A DNA stretch of 32,000 bases. It comes from Candidatus Dwaynesavagella gallinarum. Lineage in GTDB: Bacteria > Bacillota > Clostridia > Clostridiales > Clostridiaceae. Where the stretch lies: NCBI GenBank assembly GCA_019120235.1, contig DWVN01000037.1, positions 800 to 32,799 of the forward strand, given 5' to 3'. A program made the position numbers and the translations under genes. Numbering within the stretch: position 1 is the first letter of the stretch; each line of letters begins with the position of its first letter. Under the pieces are notes generated by a model. The model saw only the letters and a list, made by a program, of their open reading frames with translations, made no database searches and was not told the DNA's origin. Shown in pieces: positions 1 to 8,323 of the stretch.

Positions 1-348
1 TTTTATTGATGCGTTAACAACTTCTTCATCTATTTCAACCATTGTTATTGAGTTTATTGATTCATATCTACAAAGTTCACGAACAGTACCTCCATCTCCA
101 GCTCCTATAACTAATACATCTTTAATATTAGGATTACATGCCATTGGGACGTGAGTTATCATTTCGTGGTATATGAACTCATCTTTTTCTGTTACCATCA
201 TTATATCGTCTATTACTAGATAATTTCCAAATAAATCGTTATTATATACATCTATTGTTTGAAATTTACTTTGAGTATGAAATAAGTGTTTATCTACTTT
301 GTATGAAATTTTAACATTTTCATCATATTTTTCTGTAAACCAGTTCAT
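1..348 (-). CDS. speE: Spermidine synthase, N-terminal 116 codons (C-terminus lies beyond the window start)
   Basis: Absent from the ORF track because it runs off the edge. Minus-strand translation from ATG 348-346 gives MNWFTEKYDENVKISYKVDKHLFHTQSKFQTIDVYNNDLFGNYLVIDDIMMVTEKDEFIYHEMITHVPMACNPNIKDVLVIGAGDGGTVRELCRYESINSITMVEIDEEVVNASIK. It has the VIGxGDGG dcSAM-binding motif typical of spermidine synthases and lies 17 nt downstream of speD on the same strand. Confidence 0.85.
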   Translation of the reverse strand, partial: MNWFTEKYDENVKISYKVDKHLFHTQSKFQTIDVYNNDLFGNYLVIDDIMMVTEKDEFIYHEMITHVPMACNPNIKDVLVIGAGDGGTVRELCRYESINSITMVEIDEEVVNASIK

Positions 349-365
349 TATTGTCCTCCAGTATT

Positions 366-779
366 TTAATCGTTAGGTTTATGATAAATAGTTTTTATAT
401 CAAATTTTCCATGTTTTGCAATTTTTTGAGTAAGTCCTCTTGGAATTTCTGTTGATTCGCTAAGGTCAGCATCAAGTTTTTCTTCTAGATAATCAAACCC
501 AACCCAAGGGTCAATAGTTCCACAAGTAAATAGGTCAACAGCAGCGTAACCATATTCAGGCCATGTATGAATAGTTAAATGAGATTCAGATATAATAACA
601 GCACCGCTTACGCCGTAAGGGTTAAAATGATGAAAGCAACTTTCAACGATTGTCGCTCCCATTTTAATAGCAGCTTCTTTCATATGAGTTTCTATAAATT
701 TTGGATCTTTTAAAAGTTCACTGTTACAGTTATAGTATTCAACTAAAATATGACGACCTAATGCATTAATAGTATGCAC
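366..779 (-). CDS. speD: S-adenosylmethionine decarboxylase proenzyme (pyruvoyl-dependent, small bacterial type)
   Basis: 137-aa ORF with the self-cleavage region IISESHLTIHTWPEYGYAAVDLFTCG characteristic of bacterial SpeD. GTG start at 779 is preceded by GGGAGGG. It is paired with speE downstream. Confidence 0.85.
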   Translation of the reverse strand: MHTINALGRHILVEYYNCNSELLKDPKFIETHMKEAAIKMGATIVESCFHHFNPYGVSGAVIISESHLTIHTWPEYGYAAVDLFTCGTIDPWVGFDYLEEKLDADLSESTEIPRGLTQKIAKHGKFDIKTIYHKPND

Positions 780-1098
780 TTCACACCCTCCCTTAAAACA
801 ATAAAAGTTTACTTAATAAATATATAAAGTTTAGTATAATTAAACTCTATAATACAAAAATTCAAGTCACTACAATATTTAACTAATTCTAATTAAATAT
901 AATAATGACTTGTGAAAATCAATTTGAAGTATAGTATATTAAACTTTGACTTGCAATATATCTGACTTAAAATATATAATAAATTTATTTCGTAGTCAAT
1001 ATAAAAAAATAAAGTATTTAAAATTAAAATTAATAAATTTATTTTTTAATATATAAATTTAAATTATTTTGTGTATTCCACATAAGGAGAAATTTATT

Positions 1099-1965
1099 AT
1101 GAGCGATAGAAATACAATTGCTTCTCATTGTGAATCTCATATTCCGGAAGGGGAAAGAAAATCTTTAGAAGAGATTGAAAATAGTATAATAAAAAAATAT
1201 AGAAAGAGGATTTGGACAAAATTTACTAAAGCAATAAATGAATATAATTTAGTTAATGATGGAGATAAAATTGGAATTGCTATTTCAGGTGGAAAAGATT
1301 CTCTTCTTCTTGCTAAATTATTTCAAGAGTTAAAAAGACATGGAAGAAATAATTTTGAACTTGAATTTATTGCAATGGATCCAGGATATCATAAACATAT
1401 ACGTAAATTATTGGAGGATAATTGTGCTCATTTGAATATACCTGTAAAAATATTTGAGTCAGATGTGTTTTTAGTTGTAGATAAAATTGCTAGAGAGTAT
1501 CCATGTTATATGTGTGCACGTATGAGGAGAGGTTTTTTGTATGCAAAAGCAAGAGAACTTGGATGTAATAAGTTAGCTTTAGGGCATCATTTTAATGATG
1601 TAATTGAGACAACACTTTTAAATGTTTTTTACTCAGGAAATTTTAAAACAATGCTTCCAAAGCTTAGATCAGATAATTTTGATAATATAGAGCTTATAAG
1701 ACCGATGTATTTTATAGAAGAGCAATCTATTATTACATTTATAAAAAATTCTGGTATATTAGCTTTAAATTGTGCTTGTATGGTTGCGGCGAAAAGAATT
1801 GGAAATAAAAGATATGAAATAAAAGATTTAATTTCTAGTATTAAGAAAAATTATAAACATGTAGATAAATCTATTTTTTCGGCGGCTCAAAATGTAAATA
1901 TGGATAGTATACTTGGTTGGGTAAAAGATGGAGAAAAAATTTCTTATTTAGATGAGTATGAATAA
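1099..1965 (+). CDS. ttcA: PP-loop ATPase, TtcA-like tRNA 2-thiocytidine biosynthesis family
   Basis: SGGKDS PP-loop motif, PCYMCARMRRG (the TtcA CxxC...RRG block), and a second Cys pair NCAC. I prefer ATG 1099, which has AAGGAGA 8 nt upstream, over the track start at 1069. Confidence 0.75.
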   Translation: MSDRNTIASHCESHIPEGERKSLEEIENSIIKKYRKRIWTKFTKAINEYNLVNDGDKIGIAISGGKDSLLLAKLFQELKRHGRNNFELEFIAMDPGYHKHIRKLLEDNCAHLNIPVKIFESDVFLVVDKIAREYPCYMCARMRRGFLYAKARELGCNKLALGHHFNDVIETTLLNVFYSGNFKTMLPKLRSDNFDNIELIRPMYFIEEQSIITFIKNSGILALNCACMVAAKRIGNKRYEIKDLISSIKKNYKHVDKSIFSAAQNVNMDSILGWVKDGEKISYLDEYE

Positions 1966-1972
1966 ACATTTT

Positions 1973-2008
1973 AAAAAAAGAGATGAATTTAAAATTCATC
2001 TCTTTTTT
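1973..2008. terminator. Bidirectional intrinsic terminator between convergent ttcA-like and prx genes
   Basis: A-run, then stem GAGATGAA (1980-1987), loop TTTAAAA, stem TTCATCTC (1995-2002), then T-run 2003-2008. A-run and T-run flanks allow function on both strands. Confidence 0.65.
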
Positions 2009-2013
2009 GTTTT

Positions 2014-2547
2014 TTAGTTTAAGAAAGAATTTCCTTCTTTCCAGTTAGCAGGAACTAATTTTCCAGCTTTAGCTTGTTGAGCAGCTTTTAAAATATTAAC
2101 AACAGCGTCAACATCTCTACCAGCGCCTAGATCTGAAATAGATACATATCTTATGATAGATTCATCATCAATTATAAATATTCCTCTCTGAGCAGCTCCA
2201 AAATCTTCGATATAAACTCCGTAGTTTTTAGAAACTTCGTGAGTTAAGTCAGAAGCTAGTGGAAATTTTAATTCGCCAAGACCATTTTTAATCCAAGCTC
2301 CGTGAGTAAAGTGAGAGTCTATACTTACTCCTAAAACTTCAGCTCCACATTCTTTAATTTCATCGTACCTTTCACTGAAGGCTCTTATTTCAGTAGGTCA
2401 AACAAAAGTGAAGTCTAGTGGGTAGAAAAATAATACAAGCCATTTTCTAGAATAATCTTTTAAAGAAACAGTTAATTCTTTAGAACCGTCTCCTGATATT
2501 GCAGTCATTTTAAAATCAGGAGCTTTAAGTCCAACAATTCTTTCCAT
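2014..2547 (-). CDS. prxU: Peroxiredoxin (AhpC/Prx1-type) with in-frame UGA at the peroxidatic Cys position; probable selenoprotein (PrxU-like)
   Basis: Not in the ORF track. AGGAGA RBS plus ATG 2547. Translation: [49 protein letters not shown]-[TGA 2400-2398][127 protein letters not shown], stop TAA 2016-2014. Single frame of 177 codons. The TGA replaces Cys in the canonical DFTFVCPTE motif. Confidence 0.8.
2374..2394 (-). promoter_or_regulatory. SECIS-like hairpin immediately 3' of the UGA codon of the peroxiredoxin mRNA
   Basis: mRNA reads UGA CCU ACUGAA-AUAAGAGCC-UUCAGU. This is a perfect 6-bp stem (2394-2389 pairing with 2379-2374) with a 9-nt loop containing G residues, starting 3 nt after the UGA. 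No covariance or energy model was run. Confidence 0.5.
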
Positions 2548-2604
2548 AAAAATATCTCCTTTAAATATAAATTTAAAAAGTTTAAGTACTTTAAGTACAA
2601 ATTG

Positions 2605-2633
2605 AATTTATCATAAGTGAAATAGATATTCAA
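2605..2633 (-). promoter_or_regulatory. Putative sigma-A promoter of the peroxiredoxin gene
   Basis: Minus strand reads TTGAAT (2633-2628), a 17-nt spacer containing TG, then TAAATT (2610-2605), giving an extended -10 TGATAAATT. It sits about 60 nt upstream of the start codon. Confidence 0.4.
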
Positions 2634-2936
2634 CTTTATATAAAAGATATTTATTAAAAACTTTATATATTTTTATAAATTTTGTTAATTTAACAAATTG
2701 TATAAATGTTAAGTGTATTAAAAGTTTTAAAAATTGGTAAAGTTATTTCTAAAACACTAAAATAATTATATAATAGTATAGTATTTGAGATTTATTTTTA
2801 CCAGATTGTAATTTAATATGTAGATTAAATTATGTTTTTTAATTTAATATTTATTAAGTTATAATTTTTTTGAGGTAAAGAAATTGAGGATAAATTCATT
2901 TTTTGAGAAAGGAGATAGCTATTTAAATTTGTAAAT

Positions 2937-3482
2937 TTGAATAGTTTCAAAATGTGGATGCCTAAATCGGTTTTGTGCGACAAAAAAGAAATTTATGAAA
3001 GAGTTAAAAGTTTATTTCTTGTAAATGGTTACTCGGGGGTTGATATAAAGACTATTGCTTATGAATGTAAAATGGCAGTAGGAACCTTTTATAATTACTA
3101 TGAAAATAAGGAAGAAATATTTTGTGAAATTATAAGTGATAGTTGGAATTTGTTTTTTGAAACACTGAAACGTAAGAAGGTGTTAGGTGAATTTATAGAA
3201 GAGATTTATTATTATATTAGGAACAATAAGGGATTTGGTTTAACATTTAAGAGTATACCAATTGAGAAAGCAAATAACGTAAATAATTTGTATGATAAAA
3301 TAGTAAATGATGTAGCAAGACATATTGTAAATTTTATAAACGATGATTATAAGAACATAGGAAGAAGAATAGCATTATCCTTGTTTATGTCAATAATACT
3401 TTTTACAAATTCTTATGAATTTAATGATAAGGATAATTTGGAGTTTATATATAATTTGTTTTTAAGTTACCAAAAAAAGTAA
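2937..3482 (+). CDS. TetR/AcrR family transcriptional regulator
   Basis: N-terminal HTH VDIKTIAYECKMAVGTFYNYYENKEEIF matches the TetR signature (..IA...G...GT.Y.YF..KE.L). Size is about 180 aa. The start is uncertain: TTG 2937 in the track, with ATG 2952 or 2958 also possible and no clear RBS. Confidence 0.7.
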   Translation: MNSFKMWMPKSVLCDKKEIYERVKSLFLVNGYSGVDIKTIAYECKMAVGTFYNYYENKEEIFCEIISDSWNLFFETLKRKKVLGEFIEEIYYYIRNNKGFGLTFKSIPIEKANNVNNLYDKIVNDVARHIVNFINDDYKNIGRRIALSLFMSIILFTNSYEFNDKDNLEFIYNLFLSYQKK

Positions 3483-3510
3483 AAACAGGCATTATTTGGC
3501 CTGTTTTTTG
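3481..3510. terminator. Bidirectional terminator between convergent TetR gene and membrane-protein gene
   Basis: AAAAACAGGC (3481-3490), loop ATTATTTG, GCCTGTTTTT (3499-3508). It has A/T-run flanks and overlaps the last codons of the minus-strand gene. Confidence 0.65.
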
Positions 3511-4067
3511 TGTTTATATGAATATATAATGCAAAAGGAAAGTGTTCCTATGGTATTTGCTATAATATCTGACATTGTATCTAACAGACTATTATTTTGA
3601 GTATTTAATCCCAATAATTTATCTACGGAAAATTCGTAAATTTCCCAAAGTGTACCACAAGTTGTTGAGAAACAAAAAATTATAAAAATTATAAATAATA
3701 TTTGTGTTTTATTTATATCTAGATTTAATTTATTTATGAAGAATTTTATAAATGGTATGGATAAAACAGATGCTACAACTCCAAAGGATATGTGTAGGAG
3801 AAAATCAAATTCAGATATTAATCCATAAAAGTTTAAGGTTGTCCCTAAAAAAATTGATATAAAAATTTGAAATTGTAATATAGTTACTTCAAATGATGTG
3901 AAAGGAAGAGGAAGTACTCTAACAAAAAGTATGCTAAGTATTTCTGCAATTAAAAAAGATACTCCTCCATAATATAAATTTTTATTTGGAGTAAAAAAAG
4001 CTAAAATCAGAATTATAATTGATAGGGATAAATTTATTATCTCTGTTAATGTAAATTTTTTTACCAA
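3492..4067 (-). CDS. Hypothetical multi-pass integral membrane protein
   Basis: 191-aa ORF with about 5-6 hydrophobic segments and a basic C-terminal tail (YKHKKQAK). GGAGG lies upstream of the ATG. I recognise no family. Confidence 0.55.
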   Translation of the reverse strand: MVKKFTLTEIINLSLSIIILILAFFTPNKNLYYGGVSFLIAEILSILFVRVLPLPFTSFEVTILQFQIFISIFLGTTLNFYGLISEFDFLLHISFGVVASVLSIPFIKFFINKLNLDINKTQILFIIFIIFCFSTTCGTLWEIYEFSVDKLLGLNTQNNSLLDTMSDIIANTIGTLSFCIIYSYKHKKQAK

Positions 4068-4175
4068 ATTGACCTCCTTTTAAAAGCTTTTTAAATAGGG
4101 AATATTAAAGAGTGTACACTAAAATATTTAAATATGCTATAGTAAAATAAAATATAAGGTTAAGGAAGGTTTTTT

Positions 4176-5825
4176 ATGGAAAGTGAATTTAAAACATCGA
4201 ATTTTATTCGTAATATTATTATTGATGATCTAAAGAATAAAAAACATGAAACTATAATAACAAGGTTTCCACCAGAACCTAATGGGTATTTACATATTGG
4301 TCATGCTAAATCTCTTGAAATAAATTTTTCTTTAGCTGAGGAGTTTGGAGGAAAAACAAATTTAAGATTTGATGATACAAATCCTTTAAAAGAAGATGTG
4401 GAATATGTTAATTCAATTGAGGAAGATGTAAAGTGGCTTGGATATAAGTGGGATAAGGTTATATTTGCATCTGATTATTTTGAAATTATGTATGAAAAGG
4501 CAATGCTTCTTATTAAAAAGGGATTAGCTTTTGTTTGTGATTTAACAGGAGAAGAAATTAAAAAGTTTAGGGGAAATCTTCAAGAACCTGGAGTTGAATC
4601 TCCTTATAGAAATAGAACAGTTGAAGAAAATATAGATTTATTTACTCGTATGAAAAATGGAGAGTTTAAAGATGGGGAAAAGGTATTAAGAGCAAAAATT
4701 GATATGTCTTCAAACAATATGAATATGAGAGATCCTGTTATTTATAGAATTTCTCACACTCCACACCATAACACAGGAGAAAAATGGTGCGTTTATCCAA
4801 TGTATGATTTTGCTCATCCATTAGAAGACGCAATAGAAGGAATTACTCATTCTATTTGTACTCTTGAGTTTGAGGATCATAGACCTCTTTATGATTGGTT
4901 TGTTCGTGAGTGTGAAATGGAAAATGTTCCGAGACAAATTGAGTTTGCGAGACTTAATTTAACAAATACTGTTATGAGTAAAAGAAAGCTTAAGGCTTTA
5001 GTTGATGAAAATATTGTAGATGGTTGGGATGATCCGCGTATGCCAACTATTGCTGGATTTAGGAGAAGAGGGTTTACACCAGAATCTATTAGAAATTTTT
5101 GCCGTGCTATTGGGGTTGCTAAAGCAAATAGTTTAGTTGATTATCAAATGCTTGAGCACTTTTTAAGAGAGGATTTAAATCCAAAATGTAAGAGAATTAT
5201 GGCAGTAATTGATCCTATAAAAGTTGTTATAACTAATTATGAAGAGGGAAAAGTTGAAGAGTTATTTATTGAAAATAATAAAGATGATGAATCTATGGGA
5301 ACTAGGAGAATAACTTTTTCAAAATATATTTATATAGATAGAGATGATTTTATGGAAAATCCACCTCCTAAATATTTTAGACTCTTTAAAGGAAATGAAG
5401 TAAGGCTTAAGGGAGCTTATTTTATAAAGTGTAATGAGGTTATAAAAGATGAAAATGGAAAAGTAATTGAGCTTCATTGTACTTATGATCCTGAAACTAA
5501 AAGTGGAAGTGGTTTTTCAGGAAGAAAGGTTAAAGGAACAATACATTTTGTTGATTCTTCTTCTTCAATACCTGCTCAGTTTAGATTATTTGAACCTCTT
5601 ATTTTAGATGGGAGCAGTGACTCTGATTTTCTTAAAAATATAAATGAGAATTCTTTAAGGATTTGTGAGGGATTTATAGAAGATAATGCTAAAGGAAGTA
5701 AGGGATTTGATAAATATCAAATATTTAGACATGGATATTTTTCAGTTGATCCTAAATATACAACCCAAGATAAATTAGTTTTTAATAGAATAGCATCTCT
5801 TAAGAGTTCTTTCAAATTAAAATAA
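4176..5825 (+). CDS. glnS: Glutaminyl-tRNA synthetase
   Basis: Class I signatures HIGHAKS and VMSKRKL, and the typical GlnRS N-terminus [11 protein letters not shown]...[16 protein letters not shown]. 549 aa. AAGGAAGG RBS. Confidence 0.9.
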   Translation: MESEFKTSNFIRNIIIDDLKNKKHETIITRFPPEPNGYLHIGHAKSLEINFSLAEEFGGKTNLRFDDTNPLKEDVEYVNSIEEDVKWLGYKWDKVIFASDYFEIMYEKAMLLIKKGLAFVCDLTGEEIKKFRGNLQEPGVESPYRNRTVEENIDLFTRMKNGEFKDGEKVLRAKIDMSSNNMNMRDPVIYRISHTPHHNTGEKWCVYPMYDFAHPLEDAIEGITHSICTLEFEDHRPLYDWFVRECEMENVPRQIEFARLNLTNTVMSKRKLKALVDENIVDGWDDPRMPTIAGFRRRGFTPESIRNFCRAIGVAKANSLVDYQMLEHFLREDLNPKCKRIMAVIDPIKVVITNYEEGKVEELFIENNKDDESMGTRRITFSKYIYIDRDDFMENPPPKYFRLFKGNEVRLKGAYFIKCNEVIKDENGKVIELHCTYDPETKSGSGFSGRKVKGTIHFVDSSSSIPAQFRLFEPLILDGSSDSDFLKNINENSLRICEGFIEDNAKGSKGFDKYQIFRHGYFSVDPKYTTQDKLVFNRIASLKSSFKLK

Positions 5826-5919
5826 GTAAAATTTTATAAAAGTAGCTTTTATTTGGAAGTATAGTTTTTTTCAAAATGCAAAACATATATAAGATTAATT
5901 TCTTTTGTAGGTGGTTTGT

Positions 5920-8157
5920 TTGAAAAAAATTTTTAAGCTACTTTTATTTTTTTTGTGTACATTTTATCACGTATTGTTCTATTCTTATGAAGTTTTAACT
6001 AAAGAAATTAAGTATGAAATGAGAGGAGCAATTCTTAGTTTAGATGAATTTGATTTTTATTTAGATGAATTTGATTTAGTTAAATTTAAGAATTATATAA
6101 CAACTTCTTATGATGAATTTAAAAATAACGGTTTTAATACTGTATTTATTGATTTATCAAAATTTATTGATTTACATATCACTGAAAAATTTAACAATAG
6201 AGAAGAAAATATGTTAAATTTTATTGTTAAAGAAGGTTTAAAAAGATGTTTAGATATACATGCATCTTTTTTTGATTTTTCTTTAAAAAATATAGAAAAT
6301 GAAAATATAGAAGCGTATTTAACTGCTCTTCCAGAGAAATCATTTATAAAAAATAATAGAGAGTGGATTGTAAAATTTAATGATAAGTATTATTTAGATC
6401 CAGGGGTACATGAGGTTAGAGATTATTTTATTAATTTAATAGTGAATTTATCTAATAAGTTTAAGTTTGATGGTGTTTATTTAAATGATACTATTTATCC
6501 TGAAAATATTAATAGATATGTTTTTAATGATTCATACAGTTATGCTAAATACAATGAAGATAAACTTTCAAAAGATAGTTGGAGACGCCAAAATATAAAT
6601 GATTTTATGAAAATTTTAGGAGAAAAATTTAAAAGTTATAAAAATGAATTGAAGTTTGGAGTTGGTGTTAATTACATTTGGAGGACTATTCACAATGATT
6701 CAAATGGATTAAATTATGATGGATATTCTGATTATGATAGGGGTTCTTTTGATTCTTTAAATATAAGTAAAATGGGGTATGTTAATTATATTGTTGTTAA
6801 AATTGATGATAGTATAGTAGAAGAAGATAATATAAAAGATATTATTTCTTGGTGGGAAAAGAAACTTAGAATACATTTAGTTGATGTTTTTGTCCAAGGA
6901 AATAAAAATATTTTAAATATTTTAAATGAAGTTAGAGATAATTTTTTTATAAATGGGTTTGTACTTAAGGAATTTGAAAATAATAATGAAATTAAACATT
7001 TATTAAGTGAAAAAGCTTTGATTCCAAGGTTTAAATCTTTTGATAGTTATTATACTGCTACAAATGTTGAAGTTACTCCAAAGATTGTTGGAGAAAATAT
7101 AGAATTTAGTGTTTTAGATGAAGGGTTTGAAAATACAAAAAGTTTTGTTGTATATAAGTTTCCATATGATGATTTAAATTTTGAAAATGGAAAATACATA
7201 GAAGATATATTACCTAGTGGTGGTAAATTGACTAAGTTAAATGTTAAAAAAGATAATGGAGTTTATGCTGTTACAAAATTAAATTATAATTCTATTGAAA
7301 GCAAAATAGTTTCAGCATTTATTTTAAATGATGATTTTGGACTTATTGAAGAGAAATTTTTAGTTGATAAACCTAGAGTTGTTAATGATGAAATTCAATT
7401 TATTGTAAATTCATATAGTAAAAATAATGAGATTAAATTTTTGCTTGAAAGAGATGGAGAGTTTTTATTAGAAAGTGAATTTGGAAATGAAAATTTATAC
7501 TCCTTTATTCCAGAAAAAGAGGGAATTTATAAATTAAATGTGTTCATATCTAAAGATAAAGATAGAGAAAATATTTTAAAATCCTATTTAAATTTTGAGG
7601 TTAAAAATGAATATGTTGTTGTTTTAGATGCTGGACATGGTGGAGAAGAGCTTGGAGCTAAAAGTTTTGATGGAATTTTAGAGAAGGATATAAATTTATC
7701 TATATGTAACTATGTCAGTGAACTATTAGGAAATGTTGAAAAAGTTAAGGTTAAAAATACACGTGTAAATGATATAAAAATTGATTTAAGTGATAGAGTA
7801 AAATTATGCTCATTTTTAGGAGGAGATATATTTTTATCAATACATCAAAATGCTTTTGATAATGAAAAAGTTAATGGTATTGAAACGTATTATTATTTGA
7901 AGGAGAATTTTAGTAAAGAATTGTGTGAATTTATACAGAAAAATTTAATAAGTGAAACAAACGCTTTTGATAGAGGTATAAAAAATTCAAATTTTGTTGT
8001 TTTACGTGAGAATATAGTTCCTTCAACTCTTATAGAATGTGGATTTATAACCAACAATGAAGAACTTAAAAATCTTATTAATGAAGAGTATCAAAAAAAT
8101 ATTTCACAAGCAATATTTAAAAGTATAATTTCATTTTTAGATATAAAAGATATTTAG
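5920..8157 (+). CDS. Secreted cell-wall protein: N-terminal glycosyl-hydrolase-like (GHL10/YngK-like) region plus C-terminal N-acetylmuramoyl-L-alanine amidase (Amidase_3)
   Basis: C-terminal block VVLDAGHGGEELGA ... FLSIHQNAF ... ECGFITNNEE is the Amidase_3 zinc-amidase pattern. The N-terminal half has FDGVYLNDTIYPEN, resembling the GHL10 family. Signal-like N-terminus KKIFKLLLFFLCTF. The likely start is TTG 5920, 5 nt after AGGTGG; the track uses GTG 5911. Confidence 0.7.
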   Translation: MKKIFKLLLFFLCTFYHVLFYSYEVLTKEIKYEMRGAILSLDEFDFYLDEFDLVKFKNYITTSYDEFKNNGFNTVFIDLSKFIDLHITEKFNNREENMLNFIVKEGLKRCLDIHASFFDFSLKNIENENIEAYLTALPEKSFIKNNREWIVKFNDKYYLDPGVHEVRDYFINLIVNLSNKFKFDGVYLNDTIYPENINRYVFNDSYSYAKYNEDKLSKDSWRRQNINDFMKILGEKFKSYKNELKFGVGVNYIWRTIHNDSNGLNYDGYSDYDRGSFDSLNISKMGYVNYIVVKIDDSIVEEDNIKDIISWWEKKLRIHLVDVFVQGNKNILNILNEVRDNFFINGFVLKEFENNNEIKHLLSEKALIPRFKSFDSYYTATNVEVTPKIVGENIEFSVLDEGFENTKSFVVYKFPYDDLNFENGKYIEDILPSGGKLTKLNVKKDNGVYAVTKLNYNSIESKIVSAFILNDDFGLIEEKFLVDKPRVVNDEIQFIVNSYSKNNEIKFLLERDGEFLLESEFGNENLYSFIPEKEGIYKLNVFISKDKDRENILKSYLNFEVKNEYVVVLDAGHGGEELGAKSFDGILEKDINLSICNYVSELLGNVEKVKVKNTRVNDIKIDLSDRVKLCSFLGGDIFLSIHQNAFDNEKVNGIETYYYLKENFSKELCEFIQKNLISETNAFDRGIKNSNFVVLRENIVPSTLIECGFITNNEELKNLINEEYQKNISQAIFKSIISFLDIKDI

Positions 8158-8185
8158 GAAGTGTTTGATAAAACACTTCCTTTTT
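8157..8185 (+). terminator. Intrinsic terminator after the amidase gene
   Basis: GGAAGTGTTT (8157-8166), loop GATA, AAACACTTCC (8171-8180), then TTTTT. Perfect 10-bp stem. Confidence 0.8.
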
Positions 8186-8323
8186 ATGTTAAAATTTGCG
8201 AAAATTTATTTAAATTTGTCAAAAAATGAAATATTAAAATATACTTTTTTATAAATATATATTATAATACTTATAAAATACTTAGAATAACAAAAGATGA
8301 TTAAAACTTGGAAGGGATGACAT

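Noticed and set aside
865-913. 7-bp inverted repeat CAAGTCA...TGACTTG in the speD/ttcA intergenic region, and nearby TTGACT motifs
   Set aside because: Short arms with a loop of about 35 nt in AT-rich DNA. The TTGACT boxes have no -10 hexamer at a workable spacing. No supportable feature.
2014-2547. Reading the interrupted peroxiredoxin as a pseudogene (nonsense mutation)
   Set aside because: The single TGA falls precisely on the peroxidatic Cys codon. The frame is otherwise intact over 177 codons with conserved Prx blocks on both sides. A hairpin follows the UGA. Sec-peroxiredoxins are an established class. A pseudogene cannot be fully excluded without the sel genes or orthologue comparison.
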